DNA of 64,000 nucleotides from Octopus sinensis (GCF_006345805.1 NC_042998.1:81902001-81966000); one strand, 5' to 3'; numbered from the stretch's first letter, positions 1-12,168 are shown. Notes: generated by a model from the letters alone, not told the origin. Numbers and translations: made by a program.

Positions 1-1294
1 AGCGATTAGCTGTCAGATCATTTTGTTAAGACTCTTTTGCATGCTAGAGTGAGAAAAATTCCTAGTAGTGGTAATAGATCCGTGTAACTAGTGTCTGTAT
101 GATGCATTAATTAAAACAGAAAGCAATTTTGTGTAGAAACTGTTTCTCAAACTGCAAGATTTACTAATTGAAATACGTTTGGCAATAGTATAAACTTGCA
201 GCTTTTGCGGACATATCCAGTTAATAGCCATATGTATATTTCAGTTGAAAATGTTGTTGATCAGGAAGGAAAAGTGCATTATCCTGCAGAAATTTCAACT
301 TCAGTGGAATCTTTAGGTTTACTGCCACGCAGATCTCATCTGTGACAAAAAAAAAAAAGAGAAAAAAACAACAACAACAAAAAAGAAAGCAGGTAACTAA
401 TGATGCTGCTGTGTAATTACGACCAGCTACGACTATGTAATAGAAATAGTCTGATGATGTGTTCCACGTCATCGTCGACACGATTATATATAAAACGAGA
501 AGAAGCAGTTATACAAAGAAGGTTCCACATAATCAACAGACCAAGAATGTCCCAGTTAATCAACTTTTAGAACATCTGAGGTTTATCATGTCGACCAAGT
601 AATCCTCACGGTAAACATAGACATTTGCTAAAATAAATTCTGAGGAATATTAGTTAGTGAATGACCAACTCCATGATGGTCGTTCAAGAACTAGGATCCT
701 TAGTTATCTCTTCATGCACCTCTCCATAAAAACAAAAGCATTATTTCTTCTACGGTGCTGGCATTACAATGTTCAGAATTACCAAGCGTGTAATGAATAC
801 AGATATAATTTCATGCGAGTTGAGGCTATTCGGAACTCTCGGTATTTTTTTACGTCACTAAATGTATTGCAGTGTCAGTATTTGGCTATGTGGATTACTT
901 CTGAGTATTTCGAATTTGATGAGTAAGAATGATTTTATTTCGGTGAAAAAATAAAACAGAACTGAAATAGCATCTATCTCATTGTTGTTAGATAATGTTC
1001 TTTTAAAGATTTTCCCAACACTGTCTGTTCGTAACACTCGAGAAATGCTATCGACCTAATCGGGCCGAGCACATCTGCAGATTATAAAATCCTGCTTTCC
1101 TATACTGAAGTCATTTCTCTTTTTCGTATCATCGTTGTAATATATATTAATTACCCTCAACCGGATAAAATTTCGCTACACAGCTCTGATCCGAATACCT
1201 ACGCCTCGTTCAATGGCAGTAACTGGCGTCGCTAACTGGTATTATTAATTTGCCAAACTAACCCAAAATATCCACGTGACCCGATTATTCAGAT

Positions 1295-1510
1295 ATTCTT
1301 TTCTACTCTAGCCACAACGCCCGAAATTTTGGGTGAAGGGGCCGGTCGATTAGATCGACTCCAGCACGCAACTGGTATTTAATTTATCTACCCCGAAAGG
1401 ATGAAAGGCAAAGTTGACCTCGGCGGAATTTGAATTCAGAACGTAACGACAGACAAAATACCGCTAAGCATTTCGCCCAGCCTGCTAATATTTCTGCCAG
1501 CTAACCGCAT
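1295..1510 (-). mobile_element. tRNA-derived SINE, family A (my label), full length
   Basis: Reverse complement matches the head (GGCAGAAA..TTAGC, B-box-like GTTC/ATTCAAATTCC), body (GACTTTGCCTTTCATCCTTTCGGGG) and tail (CTAGAGTAGAAAAGAAT) seen in the other copies at 1540, 3973, 9005 and 42717. Confidence 0.85.
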
Positions 1511-1539
1511 TATCAAGTTTCAGATATTCTCATCTTTAC

Positions 1540-1752
1540 ATTCTTTACTACTCTAGGCACAAGGCCCGAAATTTGCGTGGTAGTCGATTAAATCGAACCA
1601 ATTACGCAACTGGTACTTAATTTAAGGACCCCGAAAGGATTAAAGGCTAAGTCGACCTCGGCGGAATTTGAACTGAAAACCTAAAGACAGGACGAAATTA
1701 CCGCAAAGCATTTCGCATGGCGTGCTAATGCTTCCGCCAGCTCGCCGCCTTA
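1540..1752 (-). mobile_element. tRNA-derived SINE, family A, full length
   Basis: Same consensus as 1295-1510. Flanked by the direct repeat TTCAGATATTCTCATCTTTA at 1519-1538 and 1759-1778. Confidence 0.85.
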
Positions 1753-3262
1753 TGAAAATTCAGATATTCTCATCTTTAAATACTCTTTATTCTGTCTCAA
1801 TTATATGTGAAGATGAATACGTGCAGCTGTGTCTGCCAATTTCTATATAATATGGTACTGAGTCAATCTGTTATTAAATACTTACAACTTCAACTAACTG
1901 TGATAAGTGCTACTGTACATCATTAGTCCACCTACTTATATCCTATTCGAAATATCGTGAGCTAATTATGTCGTGAGCTAATTATAAACGAAGCGAGAAT
2001 ATTATCTTGTCTTCATTAAACAGCTTCGGTAGAAAGTACGAGGAAGGTTAGGTTGTATGAATAAATTATATGAGGTATTTTCAATATTCAAATCTACCAG
2101 GAAGCAGAGGTACAAGCTCTGAGTAGAATGTGTTTCAACTAGTTTATATACAAGAGTTTAGATTTTAAGTCCGGTTGATAGCTCTGTAAAGCTACATTTT
2201 AGAGATGATCAAGGAATTCAAATTTTTAATGAAATTATTTAGAGTCTTTCTGATCTTGTACATGAGATATGTGTTGAAATTGTAAACTTGTCTGTATAAG
2301 CCTCCGCAGTTATGTCTTGCTGCTACTGCGTTAGACATTAAGGATCTATAATACGATTGCGTCACTCAGCTTGTCTCAATTCTTAGAATCTTTGCTTCCT
2401 TCGACAAGCTTGAAATTACTTTTATTGATCCACTTAGTGTTACTGAGAAAAGAAATGTCATTGCCTGTGTGATTCTTCTAAACTCTCACATACATATGGA
2501 TTTATACATAATACATACATACGTACGTACATACATACATTGACACACACACACAAATGATTTGTTTCAGTTGTGAAGAAGATATCATTGGTAAGCTGGT
2601 TCCATATATTTCAGTAGATTGATCGTTCGATTGATGATATTGAACCATGAACGCACCCAGACACGTATCTGAAACAGCTATAAACCAATAATAATAAATA
2701 AAGGTATATAGTTTATAATTTCTGCCTATTTTATATCTCCACAAACACACGCACACACATACATATGTATGTACATAAATTATATGTATGTGTGTACGTA
2801 TGTGTATGTATTTAGTACAATTCAAATAAAAACCTCGTAACGTGCATTTAAAAGCTCATGTCGATATCTGGCTATCACATGTTAACTCATAGTAAGGTAT
2901 GTTCTAGAGTGGTAAATAGCAATGCTAATAGAAATCTGGGAGAAAGCAATTATATCCAACCCTCTGGATATTATCAGTTCTCTGTATGAGGGTTAAATTT
3001 ATTTATCTTTTTAAACAAAAATTAAAAAGTAAGGAGTATTCATTATAAAAGATCGATCGATGAGATGGATAGTTGAACAATTATAACGACTATGTGGTAG
3101 ACTCCAATGATGCAATCGTGATAATAGCTACATAAGGGCATATTAATAAGTAATGGTCGTAAAATATCAAATATAAAATATGCTTATGGGAAATATATAC
3201 ATATTAAAGACTATATAAAATTCAAGCGAATATAATTTGATAGTTATTATATCGTAATGTGA

Positions 3263-3596
3263 AGGCGCAAGGCCCAGTGGTTAGAGCGTCGAGCTTACGA
3301 TCGTGAGGTTGTGATTTCGATTCCCGGACCGGGCTGTGTGTTGTGTTCTTGAGCAGGAGACTTTATTTCACGTTGCTCCTGTTAATTCAGCTGTAGAAAT
3401 GAGTTGCGACATCACTAGTGCCAAGTTGTATCGGCCTTTGCCTTTTCCTTGGATAGCATCAGTTGTGACAAGAGGGGAGGCTGGTATGCATGGGCGACTG
3501 CTGGTCTTCCACAAAACAACCTTGCCCGGACTCGTGCCTCAGAGGGTAACTTTCTACGTGCAATCTCATGGTCATTCATGACCGAAGGGGGTCTCC
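3263..3596 (+). mobile_element. tRNA-derived CORE-type SINE, family B (my label)
   Basis: tRNA-like head (CAGTGGTTAGAGCG ... TTCGATTCCCGG) followed by CORE-like GTGTTCTTGAGCAGGAGACTTTATTTCAC. A second copy lies inverted at 3656-3813. Confidence 0.8.
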
Positions 3597-3610
3597 TCAT
3601 ACCATAATGT

Positions 3611-4372
3611 AAGACAGCGACCTGGGAGAATTGTTAGCGGTATTTCGTTTGATGTTATCCAAGGTAAAGGCAAAAGCCGATACAGCTTGGTACCTGCGAC
3701 GTCGCAACTCATTCCTACAGCTGAGTTAACCTGAGCAACGTGAAATAAAGTGTCCTGCTCAAGACCACAATACGCAGCCCGGTACGGGAATCGAGTTTTC
3801 AACCACACGATCGTCTGTCTAAGTTCTGATTTCAAATTCCACCGAGCTCGACTTTGCCTTTCATCCTTCCAGGATCGATAAATTAAGTACCAGCTGCGTG
3901 CTGGGCTTGATCTAATCGACTGGCCTCCTCACCCAAAATTTCCGGCCTTGTGCCTAGAGTAGAAAAGAATGTAAGGCGGCGAGCTAGCAGAAACGTTAGC
4001 ACGCCGGGAGAAATGCGTAGCCGTATTTCATCTGCCGTTATGTTCCGAGTTCAAATTCCGCCGAGGTGGACTTTGCCTTTCATCCTCTCGGGGTCGATAA
4101 ATTAAGTACCAGTTACCCACTGGGGTCGATGTAATCGACTTAATCCCTTTGTCTGTTCTTGTTTCTCCTCTCTGTGTTTAGCCCCTTGTGGGTAGTAAAG
4201 AAATAGGTATTTCGTCTGTCTTCTTGTTCTGAGTTGAAATGTCACCGGGATGCCGGGGTCACCTTTACATTCCATCCTTTCGGGGTCGATAAATTAAGTA
4301 CCAGTTATGCACTGGAGCCGATGTTATCGACTACCCCCCCCCCATTTTAGGCCTTATGTCTATAGTAAAAAG
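3611..4372 (+). mobile_element. Stack of three family A SINE copies (3611-3972 interrupted; 3973-4204 variant tail; 4205-4372 head-truncated)
   Basis: Repeated CATCC..GGGGTCGATAAATTAAGTACCAG body three times. Intact head AAGGCGGCGAGCTAGCAGAAACGTTAGC at 3973. Confidence 0.8.
3656..3813 (-). mobile_element. Family B SINE fragment inserted inverted inside a family A SINE
   Basis: Reverse complement aligns with 3298-3455. Family A head lies at 3611-3655 and its body resumes at about 3814. Confidence 0.8.
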
Positions 4373-5099
4373 GTTATTATATCGTAATGTGACATAGACA
4401 AAAACCTTTAGTATTTGCTAGAAAATGCAGCTGAAGCTTTTTGGGAGTGAGTAACCATCAATATATATAGAAGTAGTTGGGATGGAGTAGACTACATATT
4501 AATTAGATTTGGGCAAATAGAAATTAATGCATATATAAATGGGTGTAGAATTGCGAGTTTGCAAGGGTATAAGATAAGTGTATTTAAAAAGCCAAAGAAA
4601 AGCTAGTAAATTAAACAAACATGAAATATGTAAAAGAAAGCCAGCTTGTTACTTAGAGATTAATGTCCAGTAGAGTTCATTAGGGTATCAGGAAGACCAT
4701 AGTGGCCGGAGAACACCGTAATAAACAATGGAAATAAGAGATAATTTAAAGAAACTAGCCATGGTCGTAAATAGATAACAATGTATTTCCGTCTCTTGCA
4801 AATTTATTATTTTTATTTTTACTTTATTCTATTTCCCTTGGCTCCACTACTTCATAAAGTCGTTTTCAGCTTTTTCTTATATATTGTTTCTTTTTTTATT
4901 TGACTACCACCATCACTCAAGATTAATTTTGTTATATTTTTTCCTTTTTATTAATGCTATCAACACTTCATTTTCTTTGTCCACCATATAGGTTAAAGAA
5001 AGAGGGGACGATATCAAGGACAGACAAACAAATAAGGGGTCAGGGATTGAATTTGATTAACAGTTTGAATGAGTAATTTTAAAAATACAAAATAAAATA

Positions 5100-8000
5100 G
5101 AAATGTATGATTAACAAAATAAAGCGGAGGACGTGGTTGACCCCGCAAACCACATCCTCACTCTGAAGACTTTATTTTTCCTTTTCATGCTCTCACTTAA
5201 ACAGGTTCTATCACTCTCAACATACTTGCCACAGACTTCCGTCTTTTACGAAACACATTTTGCAATAGGTATTTCTTCTCCAGCCTTATTATTCTTTTCA
5301 TGTGGGAAACGAAAAAGTTAACTAACCCAAGGCTAGAGATAAAAAATGCTTGTCATAATCCCTTTCACTCTCGTCTTCCATACTACCTCCTTCGCAACAG
5401 CAACTACCGAGAGAAAATAAGCCTGCTCTTCCCTATTTAGGGAGGCCGGTGGAACAAAATTATAGATTTGCTCGACAGTTGTACTCTTCTCGAATATGAC
5501 AGCAGGTGTTCGATATAAGTCCAGAGTTCGGGCATTGCATAATGGCGTGCAGAACAGCTTCAACGTCCCGCCCGCACCTTGGACAAGCCGGCGAAGGCGC
5601 AGACCCATGTCTAAAAAGCCTATCCTGAACCAGTAAAACGCCTCTGTAACATTGCCATGCCAGGGACTTGTGGTAATTATCCATAGGCTCTGGCCTGAAT
5701 GTTCTTCGCTATAGGCTGGCGAGATGACCTTCTTTGGAGCCCGGGGTTTCTCCCAGGACGTCGTCACACTTGAACTCTACTAACCATCTAAAAAAGTAGA
5801 AACCCCGCCACCGGTGTTGCTCGACTGGCGACACTCTGCATATCACACGCACAATCTCGGTCTATGCTTAGTCCATGGGTCCAGTTCAGTAAAGGATGTG
5901 AAACGTGAAATGGAACAGCTTGACAAACGGAGACCACACCTGTTCACCGTCCAAGTAAAGCCAGAAGTGCCTAAGCCTCAGTGGATGTCTGCTAATTTTC
6001 AGCTACGGCATCCCTAGGTCACCCTAGGCAGCAGATAGAGCGCCTTACAAGAGGTCTCCTGCCTCTCCACAAAAGGCGGGAGAGCATGCGTTCTAACTTG
6101 TTCAGCCACGAATCGGGTCAAGGCACGACGGTCAGGCGGTAGACAATCACAGATGCGATAAACACCTGTGTGACCTCCGCCCACCCTTTCAGAGACAGCT
6201 TCCGCTCAGAGCAGGTATAAGTTTTGAGAGCAACCCTACCTGCCTCCTCGCTCCAATTATTCTCTATCTGGAGATCAGGACCTAACCAGGTTCCTAGCAT
6301 TTTCACCGGGCCGTGCGTCCAACGTCACACGACGTTCTCAGACGGCATCGACTTGTCTCTCCTGGTGCCGAGTAGCAAGCCGACCGATTTATCCCGGTTA
6401 AGTTTTGCTCCTACCACCACTTCGTAATCCCTTATGGCCTCATCTACCCGCTGTATATCCTCGACCCAGAATACGATGAAGGCGATGTCATCCACGTACG
6501 GCGAAACCGACTTTCCGCACCCTAAATCCTACGGAGTTCCACTCATAGCTTCCAACTTCCTCTGCAATGGCTCGAGGGCAAAAACGTACAGAAGCGGAGA
6601 GAGAGGGCACCCTTGTCGTACCAATCGTTCAATACAGAACGGCTTCGAAAAGAAACCGTTCACCCGAACTATCACTTTGATGTCGCTGTATAAAGCAGTG
6701 ATCAAACCACGGAAGACCGAGCCGAAACCAGCTGCCACAAGGACTAGATACACATGGTCAACCCTATTGAATGCTTTGGATTGGTCTAAATGGACCATAG
6801 CCCCATCCTTGCAAGAAATTCTATTTACCCTCTCTAAAGCATAGAGTGGAAAGTGGAGATGTCCTGAACGGACCTGTCAGGGATGACATGTTTGCACCAC
6901 CCCAAGAAGTCCACTCACGACTTGCACCAATCTTTTTCCTAACACCTTGGCCAAAATCTTCAGCTCTACGTTAAGCAGAGTGATGGCCCGAAAATGATCA
7001 ATTATTTCTTCCTTGTTTGGGTCCTTTCTTAGCAACGCCACAACTCCCCCGGCTGACAGACTTGGGAATTTTCCTATTCTTTTGACAGTTGTACACTCAT
7101 GTAAGTAGGTGCCCAAACAAGTCTGGCAAACTACAATACAATTCATAAGTCAGACCACCAAGTTCCGGTGATTTGTCCCCACCGCAATCTGCTAACGCTT
7201 CCTCGACCTCCGTAGCTGTGATCGGCGCTTCACAAGTTTCAGCATCTTTCCCTCGATAGACGTGCCGAACCGTCCAGATGTCTACGAGTTCCTCCCTACG
7301 TTCCGGTCCGCCCCCACCCCCGAAAAGCTGGCTGAAATGTTTGTGAAACACCTTGCACATTACTGAACGATCAAGTGGATCCGTAAAAGACCGTATGGTT
7401 GAGCTAATGCCGCGTTGGCTCTCTACAACCCGGACCCATCTGGCCGCGTTGATTCCTTCTTGTCTCAGTCCACGTAGATTAGCCCTGACAATGCACTCTT
7501 CGTATTTAGCTTTGAGATGTTGGTCGAGTGCCAATCTCGTCGCAAATAATTTGGATGGAGAGCCTGACCTCATTGCCTCTTCTACTGCTTTAACTAGCGC
7601 CCTTTCTACTTTATTTCTAGCACTAGCTAATTCTTTATTAAACCTAATTGACTCAGACTTTATGGCTCTCTTGAGGGTGAACCACCATTTATTACTTATA
7701 ATGGATCCAATTAACACCCTCATCACTAATTGTCTAATCCGGTTCCTGTATGCTTCACAATCCAATAGCGACTTATTTAGCTTCCGGTAACCGGATCCCT
7801 GTCTACACATGCTTTCTAAGTCGAGCGTACAGGTCACTAATTCATGATCACCGTAGCTGACAATATGATGTTGTGGACAACTAACTATTTTCTTATCCTT
7901 ACTTCTTACAATAATTCTATCTAAGTAAGATCTGGACGACCCATTGTTATCTGCCAATGCCCACGATGGAACGTCTGGGTGTTCCAGTCTGAATTGGTCT

Positions 8001-8510
8001 GCCAGCTCAAAACGACTTAGCAGACCGCTGAGGCAAGAGCTTCCCCTCCTATCCAATCTTGAGCCAACATAATCTACGCGTGCATCGCAGATTGTGTTGA
8101 AGCCACATAGCAATAATAACATATTCGACGTACCTAGAAATTTCTCTAGGTTTGTGAAGTAGTTTCATACTGACCAGCTTTTCCTTCACAGGGAGCACAG
8201 ACAGCTACCAGCCTAAAAACTTTACCATTGCTGTGCGTCACATCCAAAATGACCAGCCAGCCTTACGGATCTACAAAAATCCAGATTTTCCATGAGTACC
8301 ACTACAACACACCCCCACCTCCAGTTTGGCTTGGAGAAAAAATTCTCGTAGCTGCTTAGGAGGCGGGAAAAAGCCTGCAGCCTACTCAGTCTGGTTTCGG
8401 TAATTACTGCTATATCGAAACAATGCGATCTGAGGTCGTCAAGGAGGCAGCCTTGTTCCAATACTATCCAATGCCGCGAACATTTAAACAACCAAGTTTA
8501 AATGGAAACA
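5100..8510 (-). mobile_element. Tx1/L1-clade non-LTR retrotransposon, ORF2 region (APE endonuclease, RT, C-terminal CCHC), frameshifted; ORF1 not seen
   Basis: FKLGCLNVRG and DIAVITET (APE start, about 8390-8505); YLDRIIVR/SDH-like APE end; FRAITLLNVELKILAKVL, LDQSKAFNRVDH, RQGCPLSPLLY and YVDDI RT motifs; CPRCGRDVEAVLHAIMQCP zinc knuckle. Multiple frameshifts and stops. Confidence 0.9.
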
Positions 8511-9004
8511 TAAAAATTTAAACCTTAGTGTTTTGAGAGGAAGGAGGCTGTTACACCCTCCTCTTTCCTGTTTTCAGGTGTTTTGGTTTGTGAGGTCACT
8601 TTTGTAAATTGACTATACAGATGACTTGAGAAATTCATCTGTAACAGGACCAGTCCTCCACAAATAATTTTTAAAATTCATTATAATTAGTATTGTCAAT
8701 TGTGTAAAATTCAACATTTGGCGGAACTAAAATTATTTCTGTTATTTTGTATATTTTTGCTGACATAATTTCTTGAAACTTTTGTTATTGTTGTTTATTG
8801 CCATTAAGTTGTTAATCTTTTTTTTATAGGCGATAGGTTAGGAGTGTGTGTGTAGGTGCTTGTGGGTGTGTGCGTGTGTGCTTGCATGTGTGTTTGTGGA
8901 TACGTGTGTATTTTTGTGTGCGTTTGTTTTTATGGTTGTCTGTGTATTTGTGAGGACGTTTTCTCTCTGTTACTCTTATTGTTGTTGTTGGAATTATTGT
9001 AACA

Positions 9005-9219
9005 GTCTTTTACAATCTAGGCACAAAACCCAAAATTTTTAGGGCGGGGCCCATCGATTAGATCGCCCTCAATACGCAACTGGTACTTAATTTATCTTCC
9101 TGGAAAGGATGAAAGGCAGTGTCGACCTCGGCGGAATTTGAACTCAGAGCGTAAAGATGGACGAAATGCCCCTAAGCATTTCGCTCGGAGTGCTAACGTT
9201 TCTGCCAGCTCACCGCCTT
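9005..9219 (-). mobile_element. Family A SINE, full length
   Basis: Matches family A consensus. ATTATTGTAA on both flanks is a possible target-site duplication. Confidence 0.85.
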
Positions 9220-9242
9220 GGTATTATTGTAATATTACTCAA

Positions 9243-9300
9243 ATGTTCGTCTGTCTTTACGTTCTGAGTTCAAATACTGCCGAGGTCGACTTTGCCTTTC
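9243..9300 (+). mobile_element. Family A SINE fragment, inverted relative to 9005-9219
   Basis: TTCGTCTGTCTTTACGTTCTGAGTTCAAATACTGCCGAGGTCGACTTTGCCTTTC. Confidence 0.8.
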
Positions 9301-9439
9301 AAAAAGAGGAATTGGTTAGGGCCTAAAATATTGAGCAAAGTATATAAGTAGCGATCGTGAGGCAACCACGAAGAAATGAACTACCAAAACAACATACTAT
9401 CTACTCCAATTAGGAAGAGGAGAGAGGATGAAACCCATA

Positions 9440-9862
9440 AACTGACTACAGTCTGTCTACCCTATGTGAGATGGTATACAAGTGTAATACAACACTTCGC
9501 AAATATTTCCTTTGAGTAAAAGCACCAATAGAAGAGAATATGACAAAAGACTTCGTGTACTCCAGCCCATGCAGTTGTGATAGGTTATACAAAGGCGAAA
9601 CATGATGCCCACTCAAATAAGGGTAGAGAAACATCGTAAAGCTGTGACTCGAGGAAATGTTGAAAAGTCGGGTAAAGCTGATCATAAATAGAAAAGCGGA
9701 GACCATCTTCCACTGTTGGATGAAGTTAAAATAGTAGGCATGGAACACCACTGAAAAATACGAAAACCAAAAGAGGTGGTACACATGCTAGGACGCAATA
9801 ACCTCCTAAGGAGACCTAGTGCAGATAGGATTAGAATATGGAAACCGGTATTGAGGAAGGAT
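9440..9862 (+). pseudogene. Penelope-like element GIY-YIG endonuclease remnant
   Basis: Manual translation gives KDFVYSSPCSCDRLYKGET*CPLK*RVEKHRKAV...KSGKADH...LLDEVKIVGMEHH*KIRKPKEVVHM, a degenerate VY..C.C...Y.GET..L..R..EH GIY-YIG pattern with several stops. Confidence 0.75.
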
Positions 9863-9916
9863 ATAAAACATATTAGGTTTATAAGCCCTAAAATTAACTC
9901 TATATGCCACGAGCAT

Positions 9917-10239
9917 ATAACGTAATAGTTAAGATCGCGGGCTACTAACCCCAAGATTGCGAGTTTAATTCCAGGCAGTGCTATGAAGCAGTGTGTTGAA
10001 AGGAATTCTTGGATAACTCACCTTTGGAAAAAGGTGAATTATCGTTCAACATCCTTAATCCTTATTCAAAGACCTTTTGAGCAGGATGGGCTACTCGACC
10101 AGAAGAAATTTCTAACTCGGCCCCTAAGTAGTCATAGTGGGTATACTGGGCTTTGTATATTTTTCCTCAGTGTCACTTTGATGGTATGCACTGCTCTCTC
10201 ACTCAATAATTATAACAACAACAACAACAATAATAATAG
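9917..10239 (+). mobile_element. Third tRNA-derived SINE-like element with (AAC/AAT)n tail
   Basis: Head with A-box-like TAGTTAAGATCG and B-box-like GAGTTTAATTCC. Ends in AACAACAAC/AATAATAAT at about 10205-10239. Confidence 0.5.
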
Positions 10240-10241
10240 GA

Positions 10242-11240
10242 ATGAGAACCTATGGTGGGTTCAAAAATCTACCAGGACATGTGATGAATGGTGGAGAGGA
10301 AATCAGCCGAAACTTTGTGGTAACAACAAACAAGATGAGGACACATATAAGTAATGCACAGAATTCCTCATCTCTAAAATATAGAACAGTAAGTGCTGTG
10401 GAGTTGGTATGCCAGTGTGCATTGACTAAATGGGTTCTCCCTAAGAGGAAGCCCACATACAAAATGGACCTTTTCGTATCTCCTTCCTGCTGCGAGACCG
10501 AATATGACACACTCCCAATGCCAATAAACCTACACACGATGGAGTTTGATGGAACACATGCTGTGTCGACTTTGTGGAGAAAGGGGCACCCTGGCGCACA
10601 TCTTGACAGGGTGCAGAATAGTACTTTCTCAAGGCAGATATAAATGGCGACATGGTAGGTTGCTTGCAACACTTTCTCACACCATGGAGTAGGTAAGGCC
10701 CAAGAAACATCATCACCGGGAGAAGGCAACAACAGCAATTAAGTTCGCGAGAGCGGGAGAGGGACCAGTAAAGTCAGCAAAAACAATACATAGCTTGTTG
10801 CAAGGATTCCAAGCATGGGATATAAAAATGGACTTAGGGGAGAGATTGCAGTATCCCCAAATTCTCCATACAACTCTAAGGCCAGGTGTGTTCCTCTGGT
10901 CTGAAAGGACCAAGAAAATTATCGTAATTGAATTAACAATCCCGTGGAAAGAGGGACGTAATGAAGTCCATGAATGGAAACGTGCCAGATATGACAGCCT
11001 TCTGCAGGATTGCAGGATTGCAGGATGCTGAAGGCGATTTGATTGACAGGTAAGGAGAGAAGGGTGTGCAGGATGGGAGAGCCTCTTGTTGAGATGTGTT
11101 AAGTGGAAGCCAGGAGGAGATGAGGAGCATTGACTTGGCCACCCTTGCTGACCCACCAATGGGAGGGTCTGAACTTTGTGCAGACTTTGTGGAGAAAGGA
11201 TGAACGTTGGATACCGTCTGACGACAACAGTTCCTCTTGG
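10242..11240 (+). mobile_element. HERO-like (R2-group) RLE retrotransposon C-terminal remnant
   Basis: YDTLPMPINLH, then after a frameshift CRLCGERGTLAHILTGC...GRYKWRH (CCHC plus RH motif), then LRPGVFLWSERTKKIIVIELTIPW...KRARY (RLE with PD degenerated to PG). Confidence 0.75.
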
Positions 11241-11273
11241 CCATGGCTTCATTAACTTACAGGTGTTATTAAC

Positions 11274-11304
<31 letters not shown>

Positions 11305-11450
11305 AAAGAAAGAAAGAAAGAGGGAGTGATTAATATAGGTTTTTCAAGCGATCGTGACTCGATCTTATAATAGTGAGAGAGAGAGAGAGAAATAAAGAAA
11401 GAGGGAGTGATTCATATAGGTTTCTCAAGCGATCGTGACTCGATCTTATA
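11305..11450. repeat. (GA)n-anchored tandem duplication of about 80 bp
   Basis: AAAGAGGGAGTGATT.ATATAGGTTT.TCAAGCGATCGTGACTCGATCTTATA occurs twice, each copy preceded by a GA run. Confidence 0.85.
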
Positions 11451-12046
11451 CTGAATGCTGAAACTGAACCGAATATGCCGCGAAAGAGTACTGTAAACCA
11501 TTTAGAAACACTATTTAGTGTAATGTATTTCTTATTTGAATTCTTACAAGAAATTGCCAAAACCTTTTTTCGAACTTCCCGACCGCATGGAAAGTGCTTT
11601 TGACATTTGCGTCTCAAAATATAGGAAATACAGGTGAAAGATTCGACAGGTATTGGAATAGTAAGACTAGAAATACTTCTTCACCTACAATTTACTATTA
11701 TTCAGAAGGCAAATGTTAGGACTCATCCAATAAAAAAAATGTGCGAACGATATTTACATACAGTTATGTTGTAGAGCTAAGGCAGGTTCAGGTTATAATG
11801 TTTTGTAGTTTTACACAAACATAGGTCTAGCTTAAGTTCGAATGCTACAACACTATTTCCTCGTATAATATATATATATCTGTGTTTGTGTGTGTGCGCG
11901 CATGTGCGCGTTTGTATGTGTGTGTGTATATGTGTATGTATGTGTATATATAGATATAATTTTGTAGCTATGCATATATACATATATCATATACGCACAT
12001 ATGAATCATCTACACACACAAACACACACACAAACACACACACACA

Positions 12047-12077
<31 letters not shown>

Positions 12078-12168
12078 CTTATACATATATATATATATAT
12101 ATAAATACATATGTTATCCATGTGTCTTTTCTATGTATACGTGAATATTCGCAACTCTGATACAAGTT

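Noticed and set aside
445-500. CTGATGA at 451
   Set aside because: No downstream GAAA or helices, so a chance match.
3263-3345. tRNA-like sequences (also 3973, 9917, 49805)
   Set aside because: They are SINE heads continuing into SINE bodies. No complete cloverleaf, so not called as tRNA genes.
6434-7790. Plus-strand ORFs of 136-145 aa over the Tx1 element, and similar antisense ORFs over the Dong copies
   Set aside because: Antisense shadows of retrotransposon coding sequence.
11440-11700. Minus-strand frame with hydrophobic segments vaguely like Cys-loop receptor M3/M4 (similar impressions at 20-110 and 22533-22708)
   Set aside because: No Cys-loop, no consistent spacing and no splice support. 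Hydrophobic frames are expected by chance in AT-rich DNA.
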